A DNA stretch of 64,000 nt from Myxococcota bacterium (GTDB lineage: Bacteria > Myxococcota_A > UBA9160 > UBA6930), in contig OZ245002.1 of assembly GCA_965223415.1 (NCBI GenBank), forward strand, positions 1,632,001-1,696,000, in the 5' to 3' direction. This document shows, piece by piece, positions 19,170 through 28,568 of this stretch; the stretch's first letter is position 1; every line of letters begins with the position of its first letter. Under the pieces are notes generated by a model. The model ran no database searches and was not told the DNA's origin. It worked only from the letters and a program-made list of their open reading frames with translations. The position numbers and the translations under genes were made by a program.

Positions 19170-19909
19170 TCGCGGCGCGCGGCAGCACACTCCGGGTCGC
19201 TGAATGCGGTCACGAGGCCGTCCGCGTCGGACCAGCTGCGCATGGTGCCCACCATCTGGTCGGTCACCGCGTTCACGTGGCGCTTGGTGGAGACGAGCGC
19301 GTGAGCCGGCTTCGAGGCGAGGGTGCGCGCCAGGGTCAGGGCCTCGTCGTCGAGCTGCGCCGCGGGCACGACGCGGTTCAGGAAGCCGGCCGCGCGGGCC
19401 TCCTCGGCGTCGAAGGGCCGGCAGGTGAGCACGAGCTCCTTGGTGAGGGCCGGGCCGATCTCGCGCACGAGGCGCGGTATGCCGCCCCAGGCGAGGGGAA
19501 TGCCCAGGTCCACCTCCGGGATCGAGAAACGCGCCTCCTCGGCGGCGATCCTCAGGTCACAGGCCGCCGCCAGCACGAGCCCTCCGCCCACGCACCACCC
19601 ATGGATCTTCGCGATGGTCAGCGCCCGCATGCCCTCGAGGGCCTCGGCCATGACCCGACCCCGGTCGGCCGCATCCCGGGTCGACCCCTCCTGGGGCCCC
19701 TGGAACGTCGAGAGGTCGGCCCCCGCCGAGAAGGCGCGCCCGGCTCCCTCCACGAGGACCACTTTCACGTCGGGCTGCTCGTCGAACCAATGCGCGGCAA
19801 GGGCAAGCTCGCCGAGCGTCTCGGTCGAGAGGGGGTTGAGCTTCTCGGGGCGATCGAGGACGAGGCGTCCGAGGGCGCCGTCGGCTGCGGTGCGAAGGGT
19901 CTGGAACAT
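19139..19909 (-). CDS. Enoyl-CoA hydratase/isomerase family protein
   Basis: LDRPEKLN, FSAGAD, VGGGLVLAAACD, IPEVDLG. Confidence 0.9.
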   Translation of the reverse strand: MFQTLRTAADGALGRLVLDRPEKLNPLSTETLGELALAAHWFDEQPDVKVVLVEGAGRAFSAGADLSTFQGPQEGSTRDAADRGRVMAEALEGMRALTIAKIHGWCVGGGLVLAAACDLRIAAEEARFSIPEVDLGIPLAWGGIPRLVREIGPALTKELVLTCRPFDAEEARAAGFLNRVVPAAQLDDEALTLARTLASKPAHALVSTKRHVNAVTDQMVGTMRSWSDADGLVTAFSDPECAAARRDYLRARSGGS

Positions 19910-19962
19910 CTGGGCTCCTCCGGGGCCGAGCCTACCACTGCCGGGGCGGCCGACGTGGTAGC

Positions 19963-20739
19963 GTGGCCGGTCTCTTCATGTTCAGCGACTTCACCCTGCC
20001 GCTCTGGCTGCTCAAGCTCGGCGCGCTCGTCAACCTCGGCTTCCTGGCGAACACATGGGCGCTGCCGTCGGACACGCCCGGTGCGCTGGTCGTCCTCCCG
20101 GCGCAGGTGCTGTTCGCCGTGTCCGCCTACCGCTGCCTCTTCCCGGTCTGGTACAAGGACAACGTCGTCTTCCACGCCTCCCCCCTCTCGTCGGTCTTCC
20201 TGACCCGGCTGCTCGCCACCTTCTCCGAGGTGGCCTTCATCTTCCTCTTCTCCCAGGTGGTCCGGCTGCTCAACGTCGACCGGGTGGGTTGGGTGGACGC
20301 GCTCTCCTGGCTGATGGTGCTGCAGGTCGTGGTGTCCCAGGGCTGCGTGTGGTGGGCCATCCTGACCGGACGGCTCGCCTACTACGTCTACGAGGAGCTC
20401 GGGTGGCTCGTCATCTTCGCAGCGAACACCGCGGCCAGCGCCTACCTCTACGCGACCGTCGAGCCGCCCGGCCGTGGGGAGATTCTCCTCCAGCTGAACC
20501 TGCTCTTCGGCGCGGTGTACCTGCCGTGGCAGCTCCTGCACCTCCGGGCGCTGCGTCGCGATGCGATCGCAGCGGGGCTCGTCGCAGGCGGTCTCTCCCG
20601 CTCCATCCACGAGAGGAACCGGACGAGTGACGCCACGGCGTGGGGCGGCCTCATCGGCCTCACCTGGATGGTGGCCTACTGGGCGACCCTGATCCCGATG
20701 TGGGTTCACCAGGTCGTCGTGGTCCTGGCTGCCGCCTAG
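19963..20739 (+). CDS. Uncharacterised multi-pass membrane protein
   Basis: About 7 hydrophobic segments; alternative ATG at 19978. Confidence 0.7.
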   Translation: MAGLFMFSDFTLPLWLLKLGALVNLGFLANTWALPSDTPGALVVLPAQVLFAVSAYRCLFPVWYKDNVVFHASPLSSVFLTRLLATFSEVAFIFLFSQVVRLLNVDRVGWVDALSWLMVLQVVVSQGCVWWAILTGRLAYYVYEELGWLVIFAANTAASAYLYATVEPPGRGEILLQLNLLFGAVYLPWQLLHLRALRRDAIAAGLVAGGLSRSIHERNRTSDATAWGGLIGLTWMVAYWATLIPMWVHQVVVVLAAA

Positions 20740-21629
20740 GACCGCTCCGCGGCGAGCTCCTCGAAGTACGATCGGAGCGTCGTGGTCCCTACGCTCGGCG
20801 CGACGCCGTCGATCTCTCCCGCGGTGACGATGAACTCGACGAGATCTCCGAACTGCCGGTTCAGCAGGCCGACGAGCTTCACGCCGCCGCGCATCAGCCC
20901 CATCGGGAGCACGATGATCTTCGGTGGCTTGCCGAGCACCTCGAAGGCCAGCTCGGCCGCCTGCCGCTGGGTCATCGTGTCGGGGCCGCCGGCACCGATC
21001 TCGGCTTCGTCGGATTCCATCGCCCGGACACAGACCTCGGCCAGGCCGGGGCCGTGGATCGGATTGAAGCGGTTCGTTCCCTTCCCGACCAGGAAGGAGC
21101 GGCCCTTCCGCGCCATGTCCATCAGCACGCCCATGTCCGAGAAGTAGCCGGAAGGCCGGACGATGCAGTGGGGCAGCCCCGATTCCCGGAGCGCCTCCAC
21201 CACCTTCTCGTGGGCGCGGACGATCTCCAGGTGGCGGATCTCCTCTTGTCCCCAAAGCGAGACGTAGACGAACTTCGCCACGCCGGCCCGCTTGGCCAGC
21301 TCCACCAGCCGCCGGTTGGCCTGGTGATCGACCTGCTCGAAGGTCAGGCCGTCGCGCTGGCGGGAGATGCCGATCGACGAGAAGACGAGGTCCACGCCGT
21401 CCATCAGCCCGTCCAGGGTCTCCGGCTTCGTCACCTCGCCGACCAAGACCTCCGGGGCCCACTCGGCCACGGCCGGAGCGCCGAAAGGGCCGGTCTCGCC
21501 GAGCCGCGCCGCGCTGCGCGTCAGCGCGCGGACGCGGAAGCCGTGCCGGGCGAAGGCCCGGACCGCGAACCTTCCGAGATACCCCGTCGATCCGGCGACC
21601 AGGACCACCCTGCCCTGCCCGTTCTCCAT
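20736..21629 (-). CDS. Atypical SDR / NAD(P)H-binding (NmrA-like) protein
   Basis: AGSTGYLG, FVYVS, IVRPSGYF, NPIHG. Confidence 0.88.
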   Translation of the reverse strand: MENGQGRVVLVAGSTGYLGRFAVRAFARHGFRVRALTRSAARLGETGPFGAPAVAEWAPEVLVGEVTKPETLDGLMDGVDLVFSSIGISRQRDGLTFEQVDHQANRRLVELAKRAGVAKFVYVSLWGQEEIRHLEIVRAHEKVVEALRESGLPHCIVRPSGYFSDMGVLMDMARKGRSFLVGKGTNRFNPIHGPGLAEVCVRAMESDEAEIGAGGPDTMTQRQAAELAFEVLGKPPKIIVLPMGLMRGGVKLVGLLNRQFGDLVEFIVTAGEIDGVAPSVGTTTLRSYFEELAAERS

Positions 21630-21674
21630 GGCCCCTCCCGGTGATTTCCGCGAGATTGAGTCTGTAAAAGCGAT

Positions 21675-21688
21675 TTTAACATGTTAAA
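21675..21688. promoter_or_regulatory. Perfect 14-bp palindrome, TetR (KstR-type) operator candidate upstream of P450
   Basis: TTTAACATGTTAAA; related copies at 25968-25981 and 25987-26000. Confidence 0.7.
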
Positions 21689-21712
21689 GTCCTCGGAGAC
21701 AAGGAGGACGCG

Positions 21713-22972
21713 ATGAGCGAGGTGTCCCTGGACGGATACAACCCTATGGATCCGGCCACCCAGCAGGATCCCTTCCCCCACTACAAGGCCCTGCGCGACC
21801 AGGCGCCCGTCCATCGGGGGCCGAACGGGATCTTCTTCGTGTCCCGGCACGAGGCAGTGCAGGAGGTCCTGCGCCAGCCGAATACCTTCTCCTCCCAGTG
21901 GTTCAACACGGCCGCTCCGCCCCCGGTCCCCGGAGCGGAGAAGGAGCTCGAGGAGATCCTGAAGGACGGCTACCCCGCGGTGAGCACCATGCTCACCCTG
22001 GATCCGCCCCTGCAGACCCGTTACCGGAAGACGGTCGGCCGGGCGTTCTCGACGAAGCGGATCGAATCCCTGGAGCCGCGGATCCGCGAGCTCACGGTGG
22101 AGCTGCTCGAGGCGTGGCCCGAGCAGGGGCGCGTCGACTTCATGCGCCAGCTCTCCAACCCGCTCCCGGTACGGGTGATCGCCCATGCCCTGTGCATTCC
22201 CCTCGAGCGCGAGGACGACGTCAAGCGCTGGTCCGACGACTCGGTCGCCGCCATCGGCGTCAAGATCACCAGGGAGCGCGGCCTCGAGGTCGCGCGTAGC
22301 ATCGTCCGCATGCAGAACTACCTGGCGTCGCTGATCGAGGATCGACAGAGGGAGCCGCGGGACGACTTCCTGAGCGATCTCGTCCAGGTCGACTTCGAGG
22401 ACGGCGAGGGCCGGAGGCGGCAGCTCGAGATCCCGGAGATGCTGAGCATCCTCCAGCAGCTGATGGTGGCAGGCAACGAGGCCACGACCAAGGGCATCAA
22501 CGAGATCCTGAAGCTCCTGATCCAGAACCCGGACGAGTGGAAGCGCATCCAGGAGGACCCGACGCGCATCCCCGTCATGGCCGACGAGGGCCTGCGGCTG
22601 GCGAGCCCCAACCAGGGGCTCTTCCGCCTGTGCACGGAAGACAGCGAGGTGGCGGGAACGCCGATCCCGAAGGGCTCGATGCTCTGGGTGATGTTCGGCT
22701 CCGCCAACCGCGACGAGAGGGTGTTCCCGGATCCGGACCACTTCGACCCCGATCGCCCGAACCTGAACGAGAGCTTCGCTTTCGGGCGCGGCGCCCACTT
22801 CTGCATCGGCGCGCCGCTGGCGCGGCTCGAGCTCCGGGTGCTCTTCGAGGAGCTCTCCCGCCGGATCGAGACCGTGGCCTTCGCCCCCGGCACGACACTG
22901 CGGTACGAGCCGAGCTTCATCCTTCGGGGCCTCGAATCGCTGGAGATCGAGATCACGAAGCGGGCTGCCTGA
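21713..22972 (+). CDS. Cytochrome P450
   Basis: AGNEATT I-helix, EGLR, FGRGAHFCIG heme-ligand motif; AAGGAGG RBS. Confidence 0.95.
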   Translation: MSEVSLDGYNPMDPATQQDPFPHYKALRDQAPVHRGPNGIFFVSRHEAVQEVLRQPNTFSSQWFNTAAPPPVPGAEKELEEILKDGYPAVSTMLTLDPPLQTRYRKTVGRAFSTKRIESLEPRIRELTVELLEAWPEQGRVDFMRQLSNPLPVRVIAHALCIPLEREDDVKRWSDDSVAAIGVKITRERGLEVARSIVRMQNYLASLIEDRQREPRDDFLSDLVQVDFEDGEGRRRQLEIPEMLSILQQLMVAGNEATTKGINEILKLLIQNPDEWKRIQEDPTRIPVMADEGLRLASPNQGLFRLCTEDSEVAGTPIPKGSMLWVMFGSANRDERVFPDPDHFDPDRPNLNESFAFGRGAHFCIGAPLARLELRVLFEELSRRIETVAFAPGTTLRYEPSFILRGLESLEIEITKRAA

Positions 22973-22998
22973 TCGGATCCAACGAGTAGGAGATAGCC

Positions 22999-24543
22999 GT
23001 GACGGAAACGACCACCGGAACCAACCGTTCCGCCGGAACGACCTATCAAGAGCTGCTCGAGCGCGATAGCCACCCGGTGCCCGAGATCTTCCGCACCGAG
23101 TCGCCGATGCCGCCGGGCCCGACGCGGGTGCCGGTGGAGCGATACGTCTCGAAGGAGTTCCACGATCTCGAGGTGGAGCGGCTCTGGAAGCGGGTCTGGC
23201 AGATGGCCTGCCACGAGGACGACATCCCGGACGTGGGCGACTACCTCGTCTACGACATCGCCGACCTCTCCTTCCTGATCGTCCGCACCGGCGAGCGGGC
23301 GTTCAAGGCCTACTACAACGCGTGCCTGCACCGGGGCCGCCTGCTCCGCGAGGAGCGCGGCAAGTGGGCACGGGAGCTGCGCTGCCCCTTCCACGGCTGG
23401 AGCTGGAACCTGGACGGCTCCCTGAAGGAGGTCCCCTGTCAGTGGGACTTTCCCACCGTCGACGCGGCGGACTTCTGCCTGCCGGAGGCCCAGGTGGGCC
23501 GCTGGGGCGGCTTCGTGTTCATCAACCCCGACGAGAACGCGGAGCCCCTGGAGGAGCACCTCGGGGACCTCGACGCGCACTTCCCGATCCTGCCCTACGC
23601 CGATCGCATCAAGGTGGCCCACGTCGCCAAGATCCTGCGCTGCAATTGGAAGGCGGCCCAGGAGGCCTTCTCCGAGGCGTACCACGTGGTGGCGACACAC
23701 CCGACCATCCTGGGCGGGATCGGGGACGCGAACTCCCAATACGACGTGTTCGGAAACGTCAGCCGCGCGCTGTCGCCGAACGGGCTCCCGAGCCCCCACC
23801 TCACCGGGTTGCCGAAGCCGGAGCCGCTGCCGGACGGGCGCTTCTACACCAAGCTACGCCACCCCCTGAGCGGAGCACTCTACGAGCGGGTGAGCGAAGG
23901 CAGGGTGCAGGTGACGACGCGGGACGGACGCACCGGGCTCTTCGGCGCCGATGGCCTGCGCATCGAAGGCGACCTGGGGCAGGTCGATCCGAACATGTGC
24001 GACTGGATCGGTGGGAAGCAGCTACCCGACGCCGAGGGCCTGCCGCTTCCGGAAGGGATGCCGGAGGCGGATCCCCCGGAGGTCCGGGCCGCCATGGCGG
24101 CGCCGCGCCGGGAGGCCTTCCGCCAGCTGCTGGGCGACCGCATGGACCAGGTCTGCGATGCGGAGCTGGTCGACTCGATCTACCTCACCGTGTTCCCGAA
24201 CTTCCACCCCTGGGGCTCGTTCAACCAGGTCGTCTATCGCTTCCGCCCGCACGGGAGCAACCCGCACGAGTGCATCCACGAGTGCATGTACTTCGCACCG
24301 GCGCCGGAGGGCGAGCGGCCGCCGGCGCCGCCGATCCACTGGCTCGGCCCCGACGACGATTGGGTCGACGCCCCGGAGCTCGGGATGCTGGCGAAGGTGT
24401 TCAACCAGGACGTGGCGAACCTGCCCTCGGTCCAGCGCGGGCTCAAGACGATGAAGCAGCCCTTCGTCATCTTCGGCGACTACGGCGAGACGAAGGTCCG
24501 CCACTTCCACGAGCTGCTCGAGAAGTGGATCACGCGGGACTGA
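22999..24543 (+). CDS. Rieske non-heme iron oxygenase alpha subunit
   Basis: CLH...CPFH Rieske motif, NWK, EAYHVVATH, C-terminal QD Fe ligand. Confidence 0.92.
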   Translation: MTETTTGTNRSAGTTYQELLERDSHPVPEIFRTESPMPPGPTRVPVERYVSKEFHDLEVERLWKRVWQMACHEDDIPDVGDYLVYDIADLSFLIVRTGERAFKAYYNACLHRGRLLREERGKWARELRCPFHGWSWNLDGSLKEVPCQWDFPTVDAADFCLPEAQVGRWGGFVFINPDENAEPLEEHLGDLDAHFPILPYADRIKVAHVAKILRCNWKAAQEAFSEAYHVVATHPTILGGIGDANSQYDVFGNVSRALSPNGLPSPHLTGLPKPEPLPDGRFYTKLRHPLSGALYERVSEGRVQVTTRDGRTGLFGADGLRIEGDLGQVDPNMCDWIGGKQLPDAEGLPLPEGMPEADPPEVRAAMAAPRREAFRQLLGDRMDQVCDAELVDSIYLTVFPNFHPWGSFNQVVYRFRPHGSNPHECIHECMYFAPAPEGERPPAPPIHWLGPDDDWVDAPELGMLAKVFNQDVANLPSVQRGLKTMKQPFVIFGDYGETKVRHFHELLEKWITRD

Positions 24544-24571
24544 GGCGTCGGGCTCGGCGGGCCCGGTGGGC

Positions 24572-25918
24572 TCAGGCCGGATCGGGGATCCAGCTGCCGT
24601 GGAAGCCGAAGGGCACCCGCTGCGGGAGCTTGACCCGGGCGACCGGCGGGCCGGTGAAGTTCGTGGCATCGGCGATCACGAACTCGCTCTTGCCGCTGCC
24701 GTCGTCGTAGACGTAGGTCATCACCCAGCCCTCGTCGCTGTTCGGGTCGGCGCCAGACGCGGACACGAACACGGGCTCGCCGGGGTTGCGGCCCTCGCCG
24801 CAGGGGTGCAGCTCGGTCGTTCCCTTCTCGTGGTCGAACTTGTAGTGGCCGATGAAGGACGACATCGAGCCCGCCTGCTGCTGGCCGAAGGCCAGGGTGT
24901 AGGCGTAGCGGTTCTTGAGGCCGACCCGACCGTCGGCGACTCGCGGGAACTCCATGCCCCGATCGTCCAGCGCCTCCTCCTTCACGTTGCCCGTGGCCAG
25001 GTCGAAGGTGTAGCGGTGGAGGGTGAGCTTCGTGTTCTCGCCCATCATGTCGCCGGCCTCGCGCCACACCTCGCTCATGCGGATGGCGTCGTAGACGACC
25101 TTGTCGCCTTCGTCCCAGGCGTTCATGGCGTGGAAGATGTAGCAGGGCTCGATGTCGAACCACTTGACGTCGGCGTTCGTGCCCGTGCGCGGCATGAGGC
25201 CGATGCGGGCGTCGTAGTCGTCGCTCCAGCTGAAGGGCATCGTACCCGCGAGAGCTGCCTGGAGGTCGAAGACCACCGGCAGGTCCATGAAGATGGCCCG
25301 CTTCTCCGTGATCATGAAGTCGTGCATCATCGTCGGGCCGGGGACGTCGATCACCTCGCTCTGCACGAGCTTCCCGTCCGGGCTCACCCGGTAGTAGATG
25401 AGGTAGGGCGGGAACTGCGCATAGCCGAAGCCCAGCATCTCTCCCGTCACCGGACAGGTGTGCGGGTGGGCGGTGAAGGCGGTGGTGAGCTTGCCGTCGA
25501 AGGTCATGCAGCCGACGGTCTCGAGCTCGGCGTCGAGCTCGTAGGGGAAGGAGCCCTCTTCCAGGGCGAGGATCCGGCCACCGTGCCCGACCACGTGGGT
25601 GTTCGCGGCGGAGACGTCGTGGTGGATCACGCCGTCGTCGGTGACGCGCTTGGCGTCCGGGTCGTCGAGCATCGTCGTGTGCACGTAGCGGTTCCGGTAC
25701 CAGGAAGCGGCCCCGTTCTCGATGCGGACGCCGTGGACCATGCCGTTGCCCATGAACCAGTGCTCGGACTGGCCCGTCGCCGGGTTGGAGCCGTTCCGCG
25801 CGTACATCCCGCAGAGCTCCGGCGGAATCGACCCCACCACCTCGAGATCGGTGGCGGTCAGCTCCTCCTCGATGGGCGCGAAGTTTCCCTGGAGGTGAAA
25901 CGGCTTGTCTTCGGACAT
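24572..25918 (-). CDS. Carotenoid oxygenase family protein (CCD/LSD)
   Basis: GNFAP, RNGSNP, four Fe-binding His (TAHP, MHDF, FHAMN, GFHGSW), EFP, GEPVF; ATG at 25918. Confidence 0.94.
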   Translation of the reverse strand: MSEDKPFHLQGNFAPIEEELTATDLEVVGSIPPELCGMYARNGSNPATGQSEHWFMGNGMVHGVRIENGAASWYRNRYVHTTMLDDPDAKRVTDDGVIHHDVSAANTHVVGHGGRILALEEGSFPYELDAELETVGCMTFDGKLTTAFTAHPHTCPVTGEMLGFGYAQFPPYLIYYRVSPDGKLVQSEVIDVPGPTMMHDFMITEKRAIFMDLPVVFDLQAALAGTMPFSWSDDYDARIGLMPRTGTNADVKWFDIEPCYIFHAMNAWDEGDKVVYDAIRMSEVWREAGDMMGENTKLTLHRYTFDLATGNVKEEALDDRGMEFPRVADGRVGLKNRYAYTLAFGQQQAGSMSSFIGHYKFDHEKGTTELHPCGEGRNPGEPVFVSASGADPNSDEGWVMTYVYDDGSGKSEFVIADATNFTGPPVARVKLPQRVPFGFHGSWIPDPA

Positions 25919-25967
25919 ACTGGCTCCCGTCTTCCGGGCGGGCGGATGCCGCCGGTTGATCCTGGAC

Positions 25968-26000
25968 TTTAGCATGTTCAATTCGATATAACATGTTGAA
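25968..26000. promoter_or_regulatory. Two tandem operator candidates between the carotenoid oxygenase and TetR
   Basis: TTTAGCATGTTCAA (25968-25981) and TATAACATGTTGAA (25987-26000). Confidence 0.7.
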
Positions 26001-26001
26001 A

Positions 26002-26685
26002 ATGAGCCTGATGGACGAGCAGATGCGGGAGCGCCGCGGACGGATCCTGGAGACCGCCCGGGAGCTGCTCGCCGAGCGCGGCTACGCGGCCGTCACCGTG
26101 CGCGAGCTGGCGGAGCGCTGCGGCGTCTCCGTGCCCACGCTCTACAACCGCTTCGAGAGCAAGGACGCGCTGATCGCCGAGGCGGTGCAGGACCACTTCC
26201 ACACGATCCTGCGCGCCGCCAGCTCGGGCGACGAAGCGCCCGGCCAGGAGCGGCTGCTCGCCATCGTCGGGCGGTGCGTCGAAGAGGTGACCCGACTCTC
26301 CGACTATCATCGCGCGCTCCTGTCCGCCTTCGCGCGGGCCCCCGAGACCGGGCCCCTCCACTTGACTCTCGCGGCCGACCTGGTCTCGGCGGTGTCCGCG
26401 GAGCTCGCGACGATGGCGAGGCGTCGGCAGCTCGCCGAGTGGGTCCGCGTCGACCAGCTCGCGGCCCAGATCACGACGGCCTGCATCAGCGCCGCCATGG
26501 CCTGGGCTGCCGGGGGCGTGGTCGACGCGCGCATCCGCGCCTTCGCCGAGCAGTCGGTCGGCCTGATGCTCCTGGGCGTCGTGCGCGGCGCGGCGCGCGA
26601 CCGGCTCGAGGAGCGCCTGCAGGCCGGCCAGGTGGTTCTCGCGGGCGCTGCGGCGGGCGTCCCGGCCGAGGCCAGCGCGGGCTAG
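26002..26685 (+). CDS. TetR family transcriptional regulator
   Basis: GYAAVTVRELAERCGVSVPTLYNRFESK HTH; start could be 25993, 26002 or 26011. Confidence 0.92.
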   Translation: MSLMDEQMRERRGRILETARELLAERGYAAVTVRELAERCGVSVPTLYNRFESKDALIAEAVQDHFHTILRAASSGDEAPGQERLLAIVGRCVEEVTRLSDYHRALLSAFARAPETGPLHLTLAADLVSAVSAELATMARRRQLAEWVRVDQLAAQITTACISAAMAWAAGGVVDARIRAFAEQSVGLMLLGVVRGAARDRLEERLQAGQVVLAGAAAGVPAEASAG

Positions 26686-26731
26686 GCCGGCACGGCCCAG
26701 CACCCTGCGTTTCCCGGTACGTTTCCACGCG

Positions 26732-28126
26732 ATGCAGTCCCGCCTCCGTGCTGCCACTGCGTGCGCGGCCCTCGCCGTGCTCGCGAACGCGGCGTCGGCC
26801 GCCGACCTGACGCCCCGCTGTGCCGGGTGCAACCTGATCGTCATCTCCGTCGACACCGTGCGGGCCGATCACCTGAGCTGTCAGGGCCACATGCGGGACA
26901 CGAGCCCCGCGATCTGCCGCTTCTTCGCCGCGGGCACCATCTTCGAGAACGCGGTCAGTCAGTCCCCCTGGACCGGTCCGGCGCACGCCTCGATGTTCAC
27001 CTCGCGCTACCCCCACGAGCACGGGCTGAACTTCGGGCCCAAGGCGCCCCGGGTGCGGAGCGACGCCGATCTCTTCTCGATCCTGGGGCGGCACGGCTAC
27101 TTCACAGCGGCGATCCACGGCGGGGGCTACGTCACCCAGGCCCTGCCGGAGGCGGGTCTCGACGCTGTCGTCGCGGGCAAGTCGATCACTTTCCGGCGCA
27201 GCCCGGTCCAGCTGATGCGTCGGGCGTTGCAGGACAAGCCGGCCGGCGCGCCGTTTGCCCTCTTTCTGCACGGCTACGATCCGCACCTCGACTACAAGCC
27301 GACGCGGAACTGGTTCGGCCCGCCGCAGCCGCGCTTCGACGCGGTGGCGAGCGAGGGCGGGCGACTCTGCGCCTACGAGACCCTGGGCGACGACTCGAAG
27401 CGCATCGACCCGAAGACCGTTCCGCAGGATCCGGCAGCGCGGCACCACTTCGAGCTCCTCTACGACAGCGAGATCCGCGACGTGGACCGCTCCCTCGAGC
27501 GGCTCTTCCGGCATCTGGAGCGCAGCGGTCTCGTGGCACGCACCGTCGTGCTCTTCACGTCGGATCACGGCGAAGAGTTCTTCGAGCACGGAAGCTGCGA
27601 GCACGTGAAGACGGTCCACCACGAAGTCCTGCACGTCCCCTTCATGCTCCGCGTCCCGGGCCGCCCGGCGGGGCGGCGCCGGGAGTTCGTTCCTGCGTCG
27701 ATCGGTCTGGCGCCCACCGTGCTGGATGCGTTGGGCATCGATCCGGCTCCCTTCGGCTTCTCCGGGTGGAGCCTCCTGCCCCCGGGCCCGGAGCGGACCT
27801 TTTTCGCGGAGACGGCCTTTCACTACGACGGTCGGATCCTCCGGCGCCACGCCGTGCAACGGGGAGCGCGAAAGCTCCTCTTGGACGTGGAGACGGGGCG
27901 GATCCAGTCCTTCGACCTCTCACGAGATCCCGCCGAGAGCGTGGATCTGGCGGCCGACGGCCTCCGCGCGGAAGACCGCGAGCTCGAGAAAGCACTGCGC
28001 CGGCGCGTTCGAGAGTCGATCGCGGCGACGGATACCGGAGGCGCGGCGATGGACTGCGACACCATCCGCGCCCTCCGCAGCCTCGGCTACCTGGACGCGG
28101 GGAGCGACGCCGAGCGGTGTCCCTGA
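26732..28126 (+). CDS. Secreted sulfatase-like hydrolase/transferase (alkaline phosphatase superfamily)
   Basis: Signal peptide, VDTVRADH, WTGPAHASMFT, YDPH, TSDHGE, LRSLGY. Confidence 0.88.
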   Translation: MQSRLRAATACAALAVLANAASAADLTPRCAGCNLIVISVDTVRADHLSCQGHMRDTSPAICRFFAAGTIFENAVSQSPWTGPAHASMFTSRYPHEHGLNFGPKAPRVRSDADLFSILGRHGYFTAAIHGGGYVTQALPEAGLDAVVAGKSITFRRSPVQLMRRALQDKPAGAPFALFLHGYDPHLDYKPTRNWFGPPQPRFDAVASEGGRLCAYETLGDDSKRIDPKTVPQDPAARHHFELLYDSEIRDVDRSLERLFRHLERSGLVARTVVLFTSDHGEEFFEHGSCEHVKTVHHEVLHVPFMLRVPGRPAGRRREFVPASIGLAPTVLDALGIDPAPFGFSGWSLLPPGPERTFFAETAFHYDGRILRRHAVQRGARKLLLDVETGRIQSFDLSRDPAESVDLAADGLRAEDRELEKALRRRVRESIAATDTGGAAMDCDTIRALRSLGYLDAGSDAERCP

Positions 28127-28165
28127 AACCGGCCCGGCCGGCTGTGGGCAGCCCGCGCCTGCTAC

Positions 28166-28324
28166 GACGGGCAGGTCTTCCGCACTCTTCACCTCCCCCA
28201 GGCCGACGGCGCCGTCGCGGACGACGGGCCCGAGCGTCCGGTAGCCCCGCTCCGTCAGCGCGCCGAGTAGACGCGGCAGGTCTCCGTCCGGGAGCCAGCG
28301 CTCGTCACCGTTCGACCGGTCCAG
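28166..28324 (-). pseudogene. 5' remnant of a 4Fe-4S dicluster protein (sulfhydrogenase beta / AsrA-like)
   Basis: AAGGAGG RBS, then LPRLLGALTERGYRTLGPVVRDGAV..GEVKSAEDLP; similarity stops at about 28166 and no Cys clusters follow. Confidence 0.6.
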
Positions 28325-28568
28325 GGGGTGCGCCTCCTTCGCGATCGTAGCAGTGCGGCCGCGGAGGAGACCCGGGTTTCGACGCGTCGACGCTGCGGGG
28401 CGCGGGGCGTTCCGGCGGGCTGGTGGGGCACGGCGGTGCACTGGTCGCAGATCGCGGCGGCGTCTGGCGCGAGACAGCCGTCGCGTGGTCATCACGTCCG
28501 ATCCGGAGGGCAGCGAGGACGTCCGCCAGTGGGCGTTCGACCTTGACGGCGGCAGGCTGCGCCGACGC

